Positions 19,276-28,471 of a stretch of 64,000 bases of DNA are shown here, in pieces (the first letter of the stretch is position 1; the number at the start of each line of letters is the position of its first letter). The notes beneath the pieces are model-generated. The model did not search any database. It had not been told where the DNA came from and saw nothing but the letters and a program-made list of their open reading frames with translations. Both the position numbers and the translations under genes were made by a program. The DNA lies in contig JAXLYF010000011.1 of assembly GCA_046351615.1 (NCBI GenBank), positions 74,882-138,881 on the forward strand, in the 5' to 3' direction. Source of the stretch: Polyangia bacterium. Its GTDB lineage: Bacteria > Myxococcota_A > Polyangia > Palsa-1104 > JAEUJZ01.

Positions 19276-20052
19276 CTAGCGCCGATCGGTCCCTTGGCTG
19301 TCTAGGCTGCGGAGGATCTGCGCGACTTCTTCGGACGGCCAGCGGTGCTGATAGTCACGCAGCAGCACTTTGGCCTCTTGGATTCGTCCCGTCGCCAAGG
19401 CAGACACCGCCAGATCGAGCCGCTGGGCCTTGAGCGCCTGCTCCTCGCTGCGCGACAGCTGAACCCTGGCTCGCTGCTCTTTGATGATCTTGACGCCAAA
19501 CAGCGCCAGGATGAGCCCACACAGTCCGCCGATGATGCCGACGACAAACGGGTAGTACAGCCGCTGGCGCACTGCGGACGTTGACTGGGTCTTGGGTGGC
19601 TGCGGAATGGGCCGCACCTCGGTGAGCTGTAGCAGCGGCGCCGACGGACCCGGTCTGCGCGGCTGGCCAAGTCCTCCCGCCAGCGCTGGGGTTGGGGCTC
19701 TGGGGGACGTGCTCGGCTCGGGAGGGGACCGCCCAGGGTCATGACCCAGAAAGCCAAGCTGTGGCAGCGCCTGCGTGGGCTGGTTGAGCAGTGGCGGAAT
19801 GTGGGTGGACTCCTCCCAGGGACTCGGATCGGACGGCACCGCCGCAGCGGAGGGCTTACCTTGGGCCTGGGCGGCTTGGGTCTGGGTCTGCTCTTCAAAC
19901 GAATCGAGCGGTGCCTTGGGCTGGGGATGCAGCGGCTCTGGGCCAAGCAGCGAGATTCCAAACGCGCTGGCCGCGTGCTCGGCTTCGTACAGCGTGGGCT
20001 CTTCCTGAAAGGCCCGGCGCGCGGCGTCAGCCTGTGGGGGTGCGACCTTCAT
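19276..20052 (-). CDS. Proline-rich hypothetical protein with a single C-proximal TM helix
   Basis: A low-complexity P/Q/A-rich region is followed by YYPFVVGIIGGLCGLILALFGV and then a charged tail. The coding call is supported mainly by ORF length. Confidence 0.35.
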   Translation of the reverse strand: MKVAPPQADAARRAFQEEPTLYEAEHAASAFGISLLGPEPLHPQPKAPLDSFEEQTQTQAAQAQGKPSAAAVPSDPSPWEESTHIPPLLNQPTQALPQLGFLGHDPGRSPPEPSTSPRAPTPALAGGLGQPRRPGPSAPLLQLTEVRPIPQPPKTQSTSAVRQRLYYPFVVGIIGGLCGLILALFGVKIIKEQRARVQLSRSEEQALKAQRLDLAVSALATGRIQEAKVLLRDYQHRWPSEEVAQILRSLDSQGTDRR

Positions 20053-20148
20053 TGCGACCGGACTGTATCGCAAGCAGCCCCTGCCATCGCAAAAATGACG
20101 GGTCACACAAGGCGCTTTTGCGAGGCAGGTTGACGTGATAGCCTAACC

Positions 20149-21222
20149 TTGGTGTCAAAGCGTCCGCCGCTCCTTGGCTATAACCATAACGTCCGTCACG
20201 CTGGACGGCTGTTTCACGTCCAGACTGAGGACTCGGGACCGGCTCGTCCGGTTCTTTCCACGCACCTCTTCATCGAGGGGACCATCCTTTCGTCCCAGCG
20301 GACGACCTATCCGCTCGACGAGCCGGAGACGGTCACTCAGAAGCGGATGCAAGAGCAGCACAAAGACATGCTCAAGCGTCTGCGCAATGGGCAGTTCGAT
20401 CTCTTGCCGATTGTGCAGCGCTATCCCGTGACCAAGCCGGGAGAGCATGGCGCGCCCACTGCCAGCGCAGGTGCAGGGGACACCCAAAAGACGGCGGTGC
20501 CTCCGGCTGGGCAGGAGCCATCGCCCAAGGACACCGGATCTTCGCCCATCTTGTCCCCGGTTCCACCGCCACCGGCTGGGCCGACCGCTGGGACGGGGAC
20601 GCTGGCCGAGCGCCTGCGCAAGCTGAGCGGAGCGGCTGCTGCCTCGGCTGGTGCGCCTTCTCGGCCTCCGGTTCCCGATAGCAAGGTCGTGATCGCACCG
20701 GAGCTGCTGTCGGGTGGCGATGACGCCGTGGTGGAAATCGAAGCAGCTGCCGATGATGACGAGCCGGCAGTGACCTTCGAGGCCGAGGCCGATGACGAGG
20801 ATATGCTGAGCCAGAACACGCCGCTGCCCAAGGCACGGCCCATGGCGCAGCTCGATGAAGACAACACCGCGCAGTTTGGTGCCAGCCAGATGCCGGTGGT
20901 GAACCTGCCGCCGTCGCTGTCTCGCTCGATGGCGCCGCCTTCAGTGCTGCCATCGCCGCCGCAGCGCTCGATCCCGACCTATACGATTCCACCGGAGCTG
21001 TTTAAGCCACGGCCCACGGCGGAAGGTGTGACGCTCAAGCGCTCTCCACCTGTGCCGATTTCGCGCGCACCAAGTGATCCGATTCGGACGACGATTGTAC
21101 GGGCCCGCCCGACCCGACCTGCGCCGCTGGCGCCTTCGCTGCGGCCCGGTCAGACCTTGCCGCCGGACAGCCCGCTGGACGCTGAGCTGCTGGCCTATCT
21201 GGCGCGCGGCTCGAGTCGCTAA
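20149..21222 (+). CDS. Conserved hypothetical protein with a globular N-terminus (LGYNHNVRHAGRLFHVQTEDSG) and a long Pro/Ala-rich tail
   Basis: The start is a TTG or GTG (20149/20152). The N-terminal 90 aa look globular and the remainder is disordered P/A/S-rich sequence. Confidence 0.45.
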   Translation: MVSKRPPLLGYNHNVRHAGRLFHVQTEDSGPARPVLSTHLFIEGTILSSQRTTYPLDEPETVTQKRMQEQHKDMLKRLRNGQFDLLPIVQRYPVTKPGEHGAPTASAGAGDTQKTAVPPAGQEPSPKDTGSSPILSPVPPPPAGPTAGTGTLAERLRKLSGAAAASAGAPSRPPVPDSKVVIAPELLSGGDDAVVEIEAAADDDEPAVTFEAEADDEDMLSQNTPLPKARPMAQLDEDNTAQFGASQMPVVNLPPSLSRSMAPPSVLPSPPQRSIPTYTIPPELFKPRPTAEGVTLKRSPPVPISRAPSDPIRTTIVRARPTRPAPLAPSLRPGQTLPPDSPLDAELLAYLARGSSR

Positions 21223-21259
21223 GTCGCCGGTCCGTTCCCTTTCTCCTCGCCTGATCCTT

Positions 21260-21502
21260 CCACTGTGGAAAGCGAAAGACCCTTGCGAAAGTGGGCAGCG
21301 AGCCGTGAGCGAAGGGGGAAGACCCTTGCGAAAGTGGATAGCGAGCCGTGAGCGAAGGGTGAAGACCCTTGCGAAAGTGGGCAGCGAGCCGTGAGCGAAG
21401 GGTGAAGACCCTTGCGCAAGTGGATAGCGAGCAGTGAGCGGAGGGTGAAGACCCTTGCGCAAGTGGATAGCGAGCAGTGGGAGAAGGGTGAAGACCCTGT
21501 CT
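21260..21502. repeat. 43-bp tandem direct repeat array, about 5.5 copies, between convergent genes
   Basis: Unit GAAGACCCTTGCGAAAGTGGGCAGCGAGCCGTGAGCGAAGGGT. Copies start at about 21275, 21318, 21361, 21404 and 21447, with a partial copy at 21490. Copies differ by a few point substitutions (GGGCAGCGAGCC vs GGATAGCGAGCA). Each unit junction forms AAGGGT-GAAG-ACCCTT, a 6-bp-arm inverted repeat. Confidence 0.85.
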
Positions 21503-21525
21503 GGGTGACTGCGCGGGTCGCTGGG

Positions 21526-24500
21526 TTACTCAAACAGGGGAATGTGGGCGGCTTGGCTCTGGTGAACAAGCTGCTCGGCGCGCTCCACCAGGTCCGCGAC
21601 GCCCTGCTCGGTCAGCCCCAGCAGCAGCCACGGGCCACCTGACTCGCTGGCTGGGGCCAGGTAGCGCCCCGGTCCCAGCACTGTCAGTCCTGGCTGGGTG
21701 CCGAGTGGCTTGCGGGCAAAGCGGGCCAGGCTGGGATCGGTGTGCGGGGCTGGCACGGCGCGACCAGAGCGCAGGTCAACTGCCGCCACCAGGTACAGCT
21801 CCTGCGGGAGCGTCGCACGCGGTAGCAGCGCCAGTTGCCGCAGGGTCTGGGCCGACAGCGCGGGCACTGGTGGGCTGTGCGGATACAGCTTGGCCAGCGG
21901 CTGCCAGTCTGGATCGGCATCGTCGGAATAGTAGGGCAGGCCATCGAGCGACCGTCCGTTGTCGATGCTGTAGATCCGAGTCGGCGTGAGCGGCTGCCAC
22001 AGGAAGTTGTCTGCGTAGTTGGCATCGCCATGGTGGATAAGGACCAAGAAGGTCCACAGGTCCGCGATGGCGTGGCGATAGCCACGGTCGATGCGGAAGC
22101 GCTCGGGGTTCCACAGCTCACCGTGGAAGCGAAGCGGCATCACGGCGTCATCAATCCAGTCGGTCAGCGCACCGAGCACCAGGTGATCATTGATCTCGGG
22201 GAAGGTCGCGGCGGTGTCCGACCCCATGATCTTGGGGACTGTTCGGCAGGCGCGATCGCAGGGCACGTTGCGATGAAAGGCGCGGACCACCACTTCCGGT
22301 ACGAGCTGACGCTCGGGCGCATCGGGGAAGAGGAAGCGGTCGATGCGACGGGCGGCCAGCTCACAGCGCGGCGCGTTGTTGCCTTCGATGCCGTCTTGCT
22401 GCTCGCTGGCCTGTGGCCCGAGCGGCTTCCACTTGGCGGTGAGCGAGCACCCAGGTCCGCTGTATTCCCCGCGACAGTCGGTCCGTGAAAGCGTAAGCCG
22501 ATAGACCGTCGGATTCACCTGTGCCACCGCGGTCAGCGTGAGATCCTGGGACAGCAGCTCGTCTTCGGTGGGCGATCGGCGCGGCGAAGGGGGCGACAGC
22601 CGGGAAAGGTACAGCTCACCCGCTGGAAGCTTCTGGGCCAACGGGGACTCTGCTTCAGTGGACAGGACATAGACCGGACGGTCCTGGGCAATCGCTTGCT
22701 CGATGTCCTGCACGCTGCGGGTCGGGGTGTAAAAGCGCAGGCTCAAGGTGGTCAGGTGTTCGGTCTGGCGTAGGTTCGCTGGGGTCTGGCCCAGGTACTT
22801 TTGCACCTGCGGTGTGCGCTGGGTATAGAGCTGGAAGTACGACACGAGCAGGCGGTCATCGACCAGGATCTCGGCGGCGGGCGGAAGCCATAGATCGAGC
22901 CACGTCACCAGGTCTTTGAGCGGCAGGGTGGGACGCGCAGGCAGCGCCAGATAGGCGGCGACGCGATCGGCCTTGTGGGCGGCGGCGTGCTGGCTGTGAC
23001 CCAGCCCCACGCCGAGCAGTGCGACCAGCGCCGTGGCCACAGCCTTTCGCAGCCAGAGCCAGCGCGCATCGGACACAAGGCCGAGCGAGCCGAGCAGCAC
23101 AAGGCACAGCGAAGCGGGGGCCCAAGACTCTGGGTTGGTAGGCTCAAAGAAGAAGAAGTGTCCGAGCAGCAGCAGGGGCCACGCCGCAAGCCGCGCAGTC
23201 ACAGCCGGTGCGGCGCGCAGGGCGTGGCGGCCCAGCCACAGCGCTCCGAGTCCGCCCAGGCCAGCTTCCCACGGCAGCAGGGGGGCCGGACGTTCACCGA
23301 ACAGCCAGGTGCTAAGTCCGCGATAGCAGTCGAGCAGGCGCTGCGGCACGCTCTGCGGTACGGACAGAAACTCACCGGACAGGTGATATTCCAGGTAGAA
23401 GCGCAGCAGGTCGGGGCCACTGCGGACTCCACCTGGACCGATGCCGAGCCACACAAGAAACGGTCCCAGCAGCGCGGCGGCGGTCAGCACGATGCGGAGC
23501 TGCGCACCGAGCAGATCCTTTTGGGGCCGATGCAGCAGCAGATCCACCAGCAACCAGACAAAGAGCAGCCCGCTGAGCAGGTGGATGGCCGTCGCAAGGG
23601 CCAGGAGCCCGCCGAGGATCGACTGCTGCTGCCTGGCTGAGAGACGGTCAAAGCCTGGCAGACCCAGGTCGAGCAGCCCGCGATGGTGAAGGTACAGCAG
23701 CAAAAACAGGCTGCTTGCCAGCTGCATGGACTCCTTTTCCTGTCCGCACAGGACCAGCTGCCAGCGTCCACGGGCGAGCAGGTAGAGCAGGCAGGCCAGG
23801 GTCGCTGTGAGCGCCTTGTGGCAAGGCTGCGGCTGGAGCGCGCGGGCCGCCAGGTAGAGGAGCGCCATGTTTCCGCCCAGGCTGAACGACTCACGAACCA
23901 GCACCGCCACGAGCGGATCATCGGTGAAGAGGAGAAACGGTGCGGTGAGCGGGATGATGAGCGGATGTGCAAAGAACAGCCAGTCGCCCAGGGCTGCTGC
24001 CCGGCCTTGGTGCAGCACGTTGGCGGTCATCAGCGCATCCCACTGCGGGTCCGCACCGAAGCGAAACAAGAGCTGCGCGGCGGTCGCAAGCATCCCGATG
24101 GAAAGCGCGGGCAAGAGCGGGGAGCGGCGTGGACCCAGGCTGCGCGCAATCACCTGGCTGAGCAGCGTCACTGGGAGCAGCAGGGGCGCGGCGAGGAGCA
24201 GCAGTCCGCTGGCGGTCAGGATGCCGAGCACAAAGCCGTTGTTTTCGTGGAAGAACAGGGCGGCGGGGTCGGGGGCGTGCTGACCTCGGCGGGCCAAAAA
24301 GAGTCCGCCATAGCCACCCGCAGCGAGAGCGGTCGCCATCACCAGCAGGTGCGTCCGGTGTGAAAACGCGGCGTACTCTGTCGCCAGCGCGGAGATACCC
24401 AGCAAGATCGGCGCGAGCACCGCGAGCGTGCGCTCGGGCCGGTCGTGGTCGGTGGTCGGATGGGAACCTTGGGCGTGCTGGGTCCACTTCGCGCCAAACA

Positions 24501-24663
24501 ATCCGCCGAGCAGCCAGCACAGGACGACGACAAACCAGGCGGTGGTGCTGGCAGACAGGCCACGCATTGCCACAAAGCCAAGCGTCACCTGGATGCAGGC
24601 GAGGGCAAAGCCGGTCACAAACGGCTCGCCGAGGCGCTGGGCTAGGGAAGGGCGCGGTGGCAT
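21526..24663 (-). CDS. Large polytopic membrane protein (about 13+ TM N-terminal half) with about 450-aa soluble C-terminal domain; function unknown
   Basis: 1045 aa. Hydrophobic helices run through the first 600 aa. The start is 10 bp after the stop of the upstream speE-like gene. Confidence 0.55.
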   Translation of the reverse strand: MPPRPSLAQRLGEPFVTGFALACIQVTLGFVAMRGLSASTTAWFVVVLCWLLGGLFGAKWTQHAQGSHPTTDHDRPERTLAVLAPILLGISALATEYAAFSHRTHLLVMATALAAGGYGGLFLARRGQHAPDPAALFFHENNGFVLGILTASGLLLLAAPLLLPVTLLSQVIARSLGPRRSPLLPALSIGMLATAAQLLFRFGADPQWDALMTANVLHQGRAAALGDWLFFAHPLIIPLTAPFLLFTDDPLVAVLVRESFSLGGNMALLYLAARALQPQPCHKALTATLACLLYLLARGRWQLVLCGQEKESMQLASSLFLLLYLHHRGLLDLGLPGFDRLSARQQQSILGGLLALATAIHLLSGLLFVWLLVDLLLHRPQKDLLGAQLRIVLTAAALLGPFLVWLGIGPGGVRSGPDLLRFYLEYHLSGEFLSVPQSVPQRLLDCYRGLSTWLFGERPAPLLPWEAGLGGLGALWLGRHALRAAPAVTARLAAWPLLLLGHFFFFEPTNPESWAPASLCLVLLGSLGLVSDARWLWLRKAVATALVALLGVGLGHSQHAAAHKADRVAAYLALPARPTLPLKDLVTWLDLWLPPAAEILVDDRLLVSYFQLYTQRTPQVQKYLGQTPANLRQTEHLTTLSLRFYTPTRSVQDIEQAIAQDRPVYVLSTEAESPLAQKLPAGELYLSRLSPPSPRRSPTEDELLSQDLTLTAVAQVNPTVYRLTLSRTDCRGEYSGPGCSLTAKWKPLGPQASEQQDGIEGNNAPRCELAARRIDRFLFPDAPERQLVPEVVVRAFHRNVPCDRACRTVPKIMGSDTAATFPEINDHLVLGALTDWIDDAVMPLRFHGELWNPERFRIDRGYRHAIADLWTFLVLIHHGDANYADNFLWQPLTPTRIYSIDNGRSLDGLPYYSDDADPDWQPLAKLYPHSPPVPALSAQTLRQLALLPRATLPQELYLVAAVDLRSGRAVPAPHTDPSLARFARKPLGTQPGLTVLGPGRYLAPASESGGPWLLLGLTEQGVADLVERAEQLVHQSQAAHIPLFE

Positions 24664-24672
24664 GTCCTGGGG

Positions 24673-26250
24673 CTACTCGCGAGCGTAGGCGTGACGCGCC
24701 AGCAAAAGGACGCCGAGCAGGTCGCGGTCAGACAGCGGACGTACCGCGTGGATGAGGCGTCGGACCTGGGCATCGGCAAAGAGCAGGACTGCACCCTGCG
24801 GGTCACGCGCTGTGACCGCTTGCTCGACCTGCGTGGGGGAAAAGGGCAGCTTGCGGGCGGCGTAAAGGACCGGCAGACCGACGGCGCTGCTGTCCACCAC
24901 CAGGATGTCGGCAAAGACTTGGGCGGCGGACTGGGCGATTCGCTGGGCGAGCGGCTCAGACAGCGCTTCACACAGGCTGAGCGACACCACGCCACCTGGG
25001 GTGAGGTGCTCGGCGACCTGACGATAGAACGTCGGGGTGTGCAGCAGCGCGGTGGCAATCCGATACGGTGCAGGGACATCGAGCACGATGAGGTCGAAGC
25101 GCTCGGTGCTGTGGGCCAGCGCATGTCGCGCATCATCCAGGGTCAGCGTGATGTCGTGGGGCGACAGGCGATGGACGCTGGCGAAGTGAGCAAAGCCCAG
25201 CGAGGCGACGCGGGCATCCAGCTCGATCACCTGGACGCGATAGCCCAGGCGGTGCAAGCGGGCCGCCGAAGAGAAGCTGCCACTGCCGACCACCAGCGCG
25301 TGGCCGCGTGTCGGTCGCATCGCTCCGGGGACTTCGGCCAGCAGGACGGAAAAGGCATCGAGCGAGCCCGAGCGATAGAACGGCACGCCATCGAGAAACA
25401 AGGCCGTCTCTGCGTCATCCCGAACGACATCAATGCGCTGATGGGGGGAGTAGTCGCTGGCGAGAAGCTGCGGAGACTTGATCCCATGGACGTGCCGGAA
25501 ATAGGCAGCTGTGACGTGCTGGTCGAGGTGTGAGCCAAGGCCGATGAGCGTCGCCGACCCGAGCAGTGTTCCCAGCGCCACCTTCCGACCGTAGCGAAGC
25601 AGGGCCATGACGACCGGCACAAGTAGATAGCCTGCGCGCAGCAGCTGGTAGGACGGCCCCAGCGCGATGCCGACCAGGAAGATCAGGGCTCCGGCCAGCT
25701 CTGCGGCATACAAGCGGGGCAGCGAGTCGGTCTTGGCGTACAGCGGCAGCAGCACCGCGCAGTATCCGCACGGGATCGTGATGAGCACGGTGGCCAGGAT
25801 GAGGGCCCAAGCTGGATGGGCTGTGCTGAGTGCAGCGCTGAGGGCTCGGATGCTCCAGGGGAGGGTTGCGTGCGCAAGGAACGCGACGGCGGCCCACAGG
25901 TGTTCGATGCTGCCACCAAGCGTTAGGCGGCTACCGAGCGCGTAGCCCAGGCTGGGACCCAGCAGCGTGATGAGCGTGGCGAGCAGCAGCGACAGCTCAG
26001 TGACAAAGAACGTCGAGCCCAGCTCTCGCGAGGCGACGTACTGACAGGCGAACAGGGCTGCACCACCGCTGGCCAGCACGGCGGACGCTAGGAACCCGCG
26101 TGGGAGAGACAGGGGAAGACGCAAAGCCGACGGCACAGCAGCTCTGCAGCGTAGCACAGGCGCTGCGCCTGGCTTGCTCGAAACTGTGCAGCTAGCGGGG
26201 CTGTCCGTAGAACGTGCCGCGACCGTTGGTGCCGATGTAGACGCGACCAA
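24673..26250 (-). CDS. Membrane-bound spermidine-synthase-like (aminopropyltransferase-fold) protein
   Basis: An N-terminal multi-TM region is followed by HQRIDVVRDD...LFLDGVPFYRSG...ALVVGSGSFS...DLIVLDVPAPY, resembling the SpeE core. The glycine-rich motif is VVGSGSFS rather than the canonical GGGDGG. The true start is probably downstream of 26250, because it overlaps the next gene. Confidence 0.6.
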   Translation of the reverse strand: MVASTSAPTVAARSTDSPASCTVSSKPGAAPVLRCRAAVPSALRLPLSLPRGFLASAVLASGGAALFACQYVASRELGSTFFVTELSLLLATLITLLGPSLGYALGSRLTLGGSIEHLWAAVAFLAHATLPWSIRALSAALSTAHPAWALILATVLITIPCGYCAVLLPLYAKTDSLPRLYAAELAGALIFLVGIALGPSYQLLRAGYLLVPVVMALLRYGRKVALGTLLGSATLIGLGSHLDQHVTAAYFRHVHGIKSPQLLASDYSPHQRIDVVRDDAETALFLDGVPFYRSGSLDAFSVLLAEVPGAMRPTRGHALVVGSGSFSSAARLHRLGYRVQVIELDARVASLGFAHFASVHRLSPHDITLTLDDARHALAHSTERFDLIVLDVPAPYRIATALLHTPTFYRQVAEHLTPGGVVSLSLCEALSEPLAQRIAQSAAQVFADILVVDSSAVGLPVLYAARKLPFSPTQVEQAVTARDPQGAVLLFADAQVRRLIHAVRPLSDRDLLGVLLLARHAYARE

Positions 26251-28420
26251 AGACGCGCGGGTCGGCTTCCATCACCATCGCTTGGTCGCCGATGGGCTGG
26301 CTGGGGCTGTCGATGCGCAGGTAGGTGAGGCCCAGGTCTTCACTGCGGAAGATGCCGGGGACGCCGCCGATGATGCCGTAGACAAACAGGGTGGACTGGC
26401 TGCTGCCGGGGGCGGGACGACCGAGCGCAAAGAGCTGGCAGTGGTCGATGCCTGCGACCTTGTGGAACGACAGTCCGGCGTCATCGGATCGAAACAGTCC
26501 GTTTTCGGCCAGGCAGACAAAGACCTGTCCGCGCACGCCCGGTGTGGTCTTGACGGAGGGTCCGGGCTGTCCGCTGCGGGTGTCAAAGGGGGGCGCGGGA
26601 AGCTGGGCGGTCTGCTGGAAGTGCTGTCCGCCATCGCTGCTGACGTAAAACGCACCTTGAAGGAACAGATAGAACAGGGCGGAAGAGGTGCGGTCGGACG
26701 CGAGCGGATGGGTGTAGTCCCAGCGGTCGGAGATGGCGTTTTTGGGGGCACCTTGGCTGGGCTTCCAGGTCTTGCCGCCATCACTGGTGAAGGAGGGGAT
26801 CGCGTTTTGCGGGACCCACACCGCACGCTGACAGTCGCTGCCAGCCAAGACGATGCGGCCATTTTTGGCCTTGGCAAAGGGCAGGGTGGCAAAGCGGACA
26901 AAGGAAGCGGCTCCATCTTCGGATCGCGCACCTCGGAATGGACCGCCGCGCTCTTCGCCGACGCGCATGACGACGCTGGGGTTTGCCTCGCAGAAGTCGA
27001 GCCCGGTGGTGTCGCCGTCTTCGCCCTTGGGTCCGATCATGCGGGTCTTGGGATACGCGTCGAGATCTTCATGGCGAAAGCCATCGACATCAGCCACGCC
27101 GCTGAGCAGAGGCACCCCGGCTGGGGGACTGCGCAGGACAAACGGCTCGACTTCCTCATGGCCAGCTTGCAGGGTGGACCACGAGGAGGGCACTTGGTAG
27201 ACGTCGTTGGTCTTCCAGGTTCCGTAGTAGTCGGTCAGAAACACCCGACTGGGCCGGTGCGGATCGATGAGCAGCGAGGATGTGTGTCCGGTAAAGAAGC
27301 GCTGCGGCCACCACGGAACCTCTGCTTGACGCAGGATGGCGAGCGGCTGCCAGGACGCGCCTCGGTCGTGGCTTTCAAACAGCGGGGTCGGAAAGACATC
27401 GCTGGCGGGGGCGACGAGCAGGTGGCCCGGATCGCTTGGATCGACGCTGATTCCGCCATAGTCGTAGCGGGTCTTGCTGGTCGGCGTGATGCGGAACCAG
27501 CGGTCGGCTTGCAGCTTGTAGACGCCGCCAGGCTGGGTCTTGTCGCCGACCGACGTGACATAGAGCACGCCATCGGTGGCGAGAGCGGCGCGCTGTGGGC
27601 TACGCGGGAAGGGTCCGCTGCCAAGCCTGGCCCAGGTGACGCCTGCGTCTTGGCTGCGGAAGATGCCTTCGCCTGCGACGCCGACAAACAGGACCTGGCT
27701 CGGCTGGCCGCTCAGGCTGCTTTTGCCGTCGAATAAGACAAACGAAAGACCCAGCTCGGCGGTGCCGGTTGCGGGGAAGGACGCGACGCGAGAAAAGTGC
27801 TGGCCTTCATCGTCGCTCTTCCACAGACCATCGGTGCGTGAGCCGTAGTAGAGGATCTTGGGCTGGCTTGGATCGATGGCCAGGCGCTCTCCGACCCAGC
27901 GGAAGTTTTCGTTGCCACCGATGGGGACGGGGAGTCCGAGCTTGCGCCACACGGTGCCGCCGTCTTCGGAGCGGTACAGACCCGAGGGCTGCGAAAGCCA
28001 CGGACGCGGCAGGTACTTTCCCAGCGCGGCGTAGAGGATCTGCGGGTTTTCGGGATGGAGCGCGACGCTCTCGACGCCGTACAGGTGCCAGTCCTGGCGG
28101 GGAAAGGAGTCAAGGAGCGGCACCCAGCGCTGCGCGGTGGTGTTCCATTTGTACAGGCCGCCGACATCGGTGCGAATGTAGATCTGGTCGGGGACCTTGG
28201 GATGGATGACGATGCCGGTGACGTAGCCGCCGCCGCCCACCACGACAGAGCGCCAGGAGTAGTCGGCTGCGGGGGCCGTCCCATTGGCTTCGGGTCGCCG
28301 GGCTGTGGGCTGAGTGGGCAGCGCTGCGCAGCTTGCGACAAAGGGAGCCAGCAGCAGGACGGAGCCGCGTGCGCGGTGAAGACGCAGTCGATGCGGAGCC
28401 TTCGGCGAGGAGACTGTCAT
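26192..28420 (-). CDS. Secreted BNR/Asp-box repeat protein, GH74-xyloglucanase/sortilin-like
   Basis: Signal peptide present. GGGGYVTGIVIHP...IYIRTDVGGLYKWN, and repeated Asp-boxes (YRSEDGGTVW, FRSQDAGVTW, HDRGASW, SDGGKTW, SSDGGQHF, FRSDDAGLSF). Confidence 0.65.
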   Translation of the reverse strand: MTVSSPKAPHRLRLHRARGSVLLLAPFVASCAALPTQPTARRPEANGTAPAADYSWRSVVVGGGGYVTGIVIHPKVPDQIYIRTDVGGLYKWNTTAQRWVPLLDSFPRQDWHLYGVESVALHPENPQILYAALGKYLPRPWLSQPSGLYRSEDGGTVWRKLGLPVPIGGNENFRWVGERLAIDPSQPKILYYGSRTDGLWKSDDEGQHFSRVASFPATGTAELGLSFVLFDGKSSLSGQPSQVLFVGVAGEGIFRSQDAGVTWARLGSGPFPRSPQRAALATDGVLYVTSVGDKTQPGGVYKLQADRWFRITPTSKTRYDYGGISVDPSDPGHLLVAPASDVFPTPLFESHDRGASWQPLAILRQAEVPWWPQRFFTGHTSSLLIDPHRPSRVFLTDYYGTWKTNDVYQVPSSWSTLQAGHEEVEPFVLRSPPAGVPLLSGVADVDGFRHEDLDAYPKTRMIGPKGEDGDTTGLDFCEANPSVVMRVGEERGGPFRGARSEDGAASFVRFATLPFAKAKNGRIVLAGSDCQRAVWVPQNAIPSFTSDGGKTWKPSQGAPKNAISDRWDYTHPLASDRTSSALFYLFLQGAFYVSSDGGQHFQQTAQLPAPPFDTRSGQPGPSVKTTPGVRGQVFVCLAENGLFRSDDAGLSFHKVAGIDHCQLFALGRPAPGSSQSTLFVYGIIGGVPGIFRSEDLGLTYLRIDSPSQPIGDQAMVMEADPRVFGRVYIGTNGRGTFYGQPR

Positions 28421-28471
28421 GCGCGCACTATGGCGCAGATGAGGTGAGCTTGGGAACGTACAGCGGTCGTA

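Noticed and set aside
21260-21502. Considered whether the 43-bp repeat array is a CRISPR array
   Set aside because: The whole 43-mer repeats head to tail with only point variants. There are no unique spacers between constant repeats. The unit is too short to hold a repeat plus spacer. No cas genes are nearby.
20941-21569. ORF-track minus-strand ORFs (21219..21569, 20941..21462) encoding apparent 43-aa protein repeats (SPFSHCSLSTCARVF...)
   Set aside because: They are artefacts. The DNA period of 43 is not divisible by 3, so the frame cycles through all three phases of the repeat. One of these ORFs also starts inside the 3' end of the large membrane-protein gene.
26192-26250. 58-bp overlap between the BNR-protein gene stop and the annotated speE-like start, suggesting overlapping genes
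   Set aside because: More likely the speE-like gene starts at a downstream codon. Its first about 60 residues in the ORF track are low-complexity and lack a helix.
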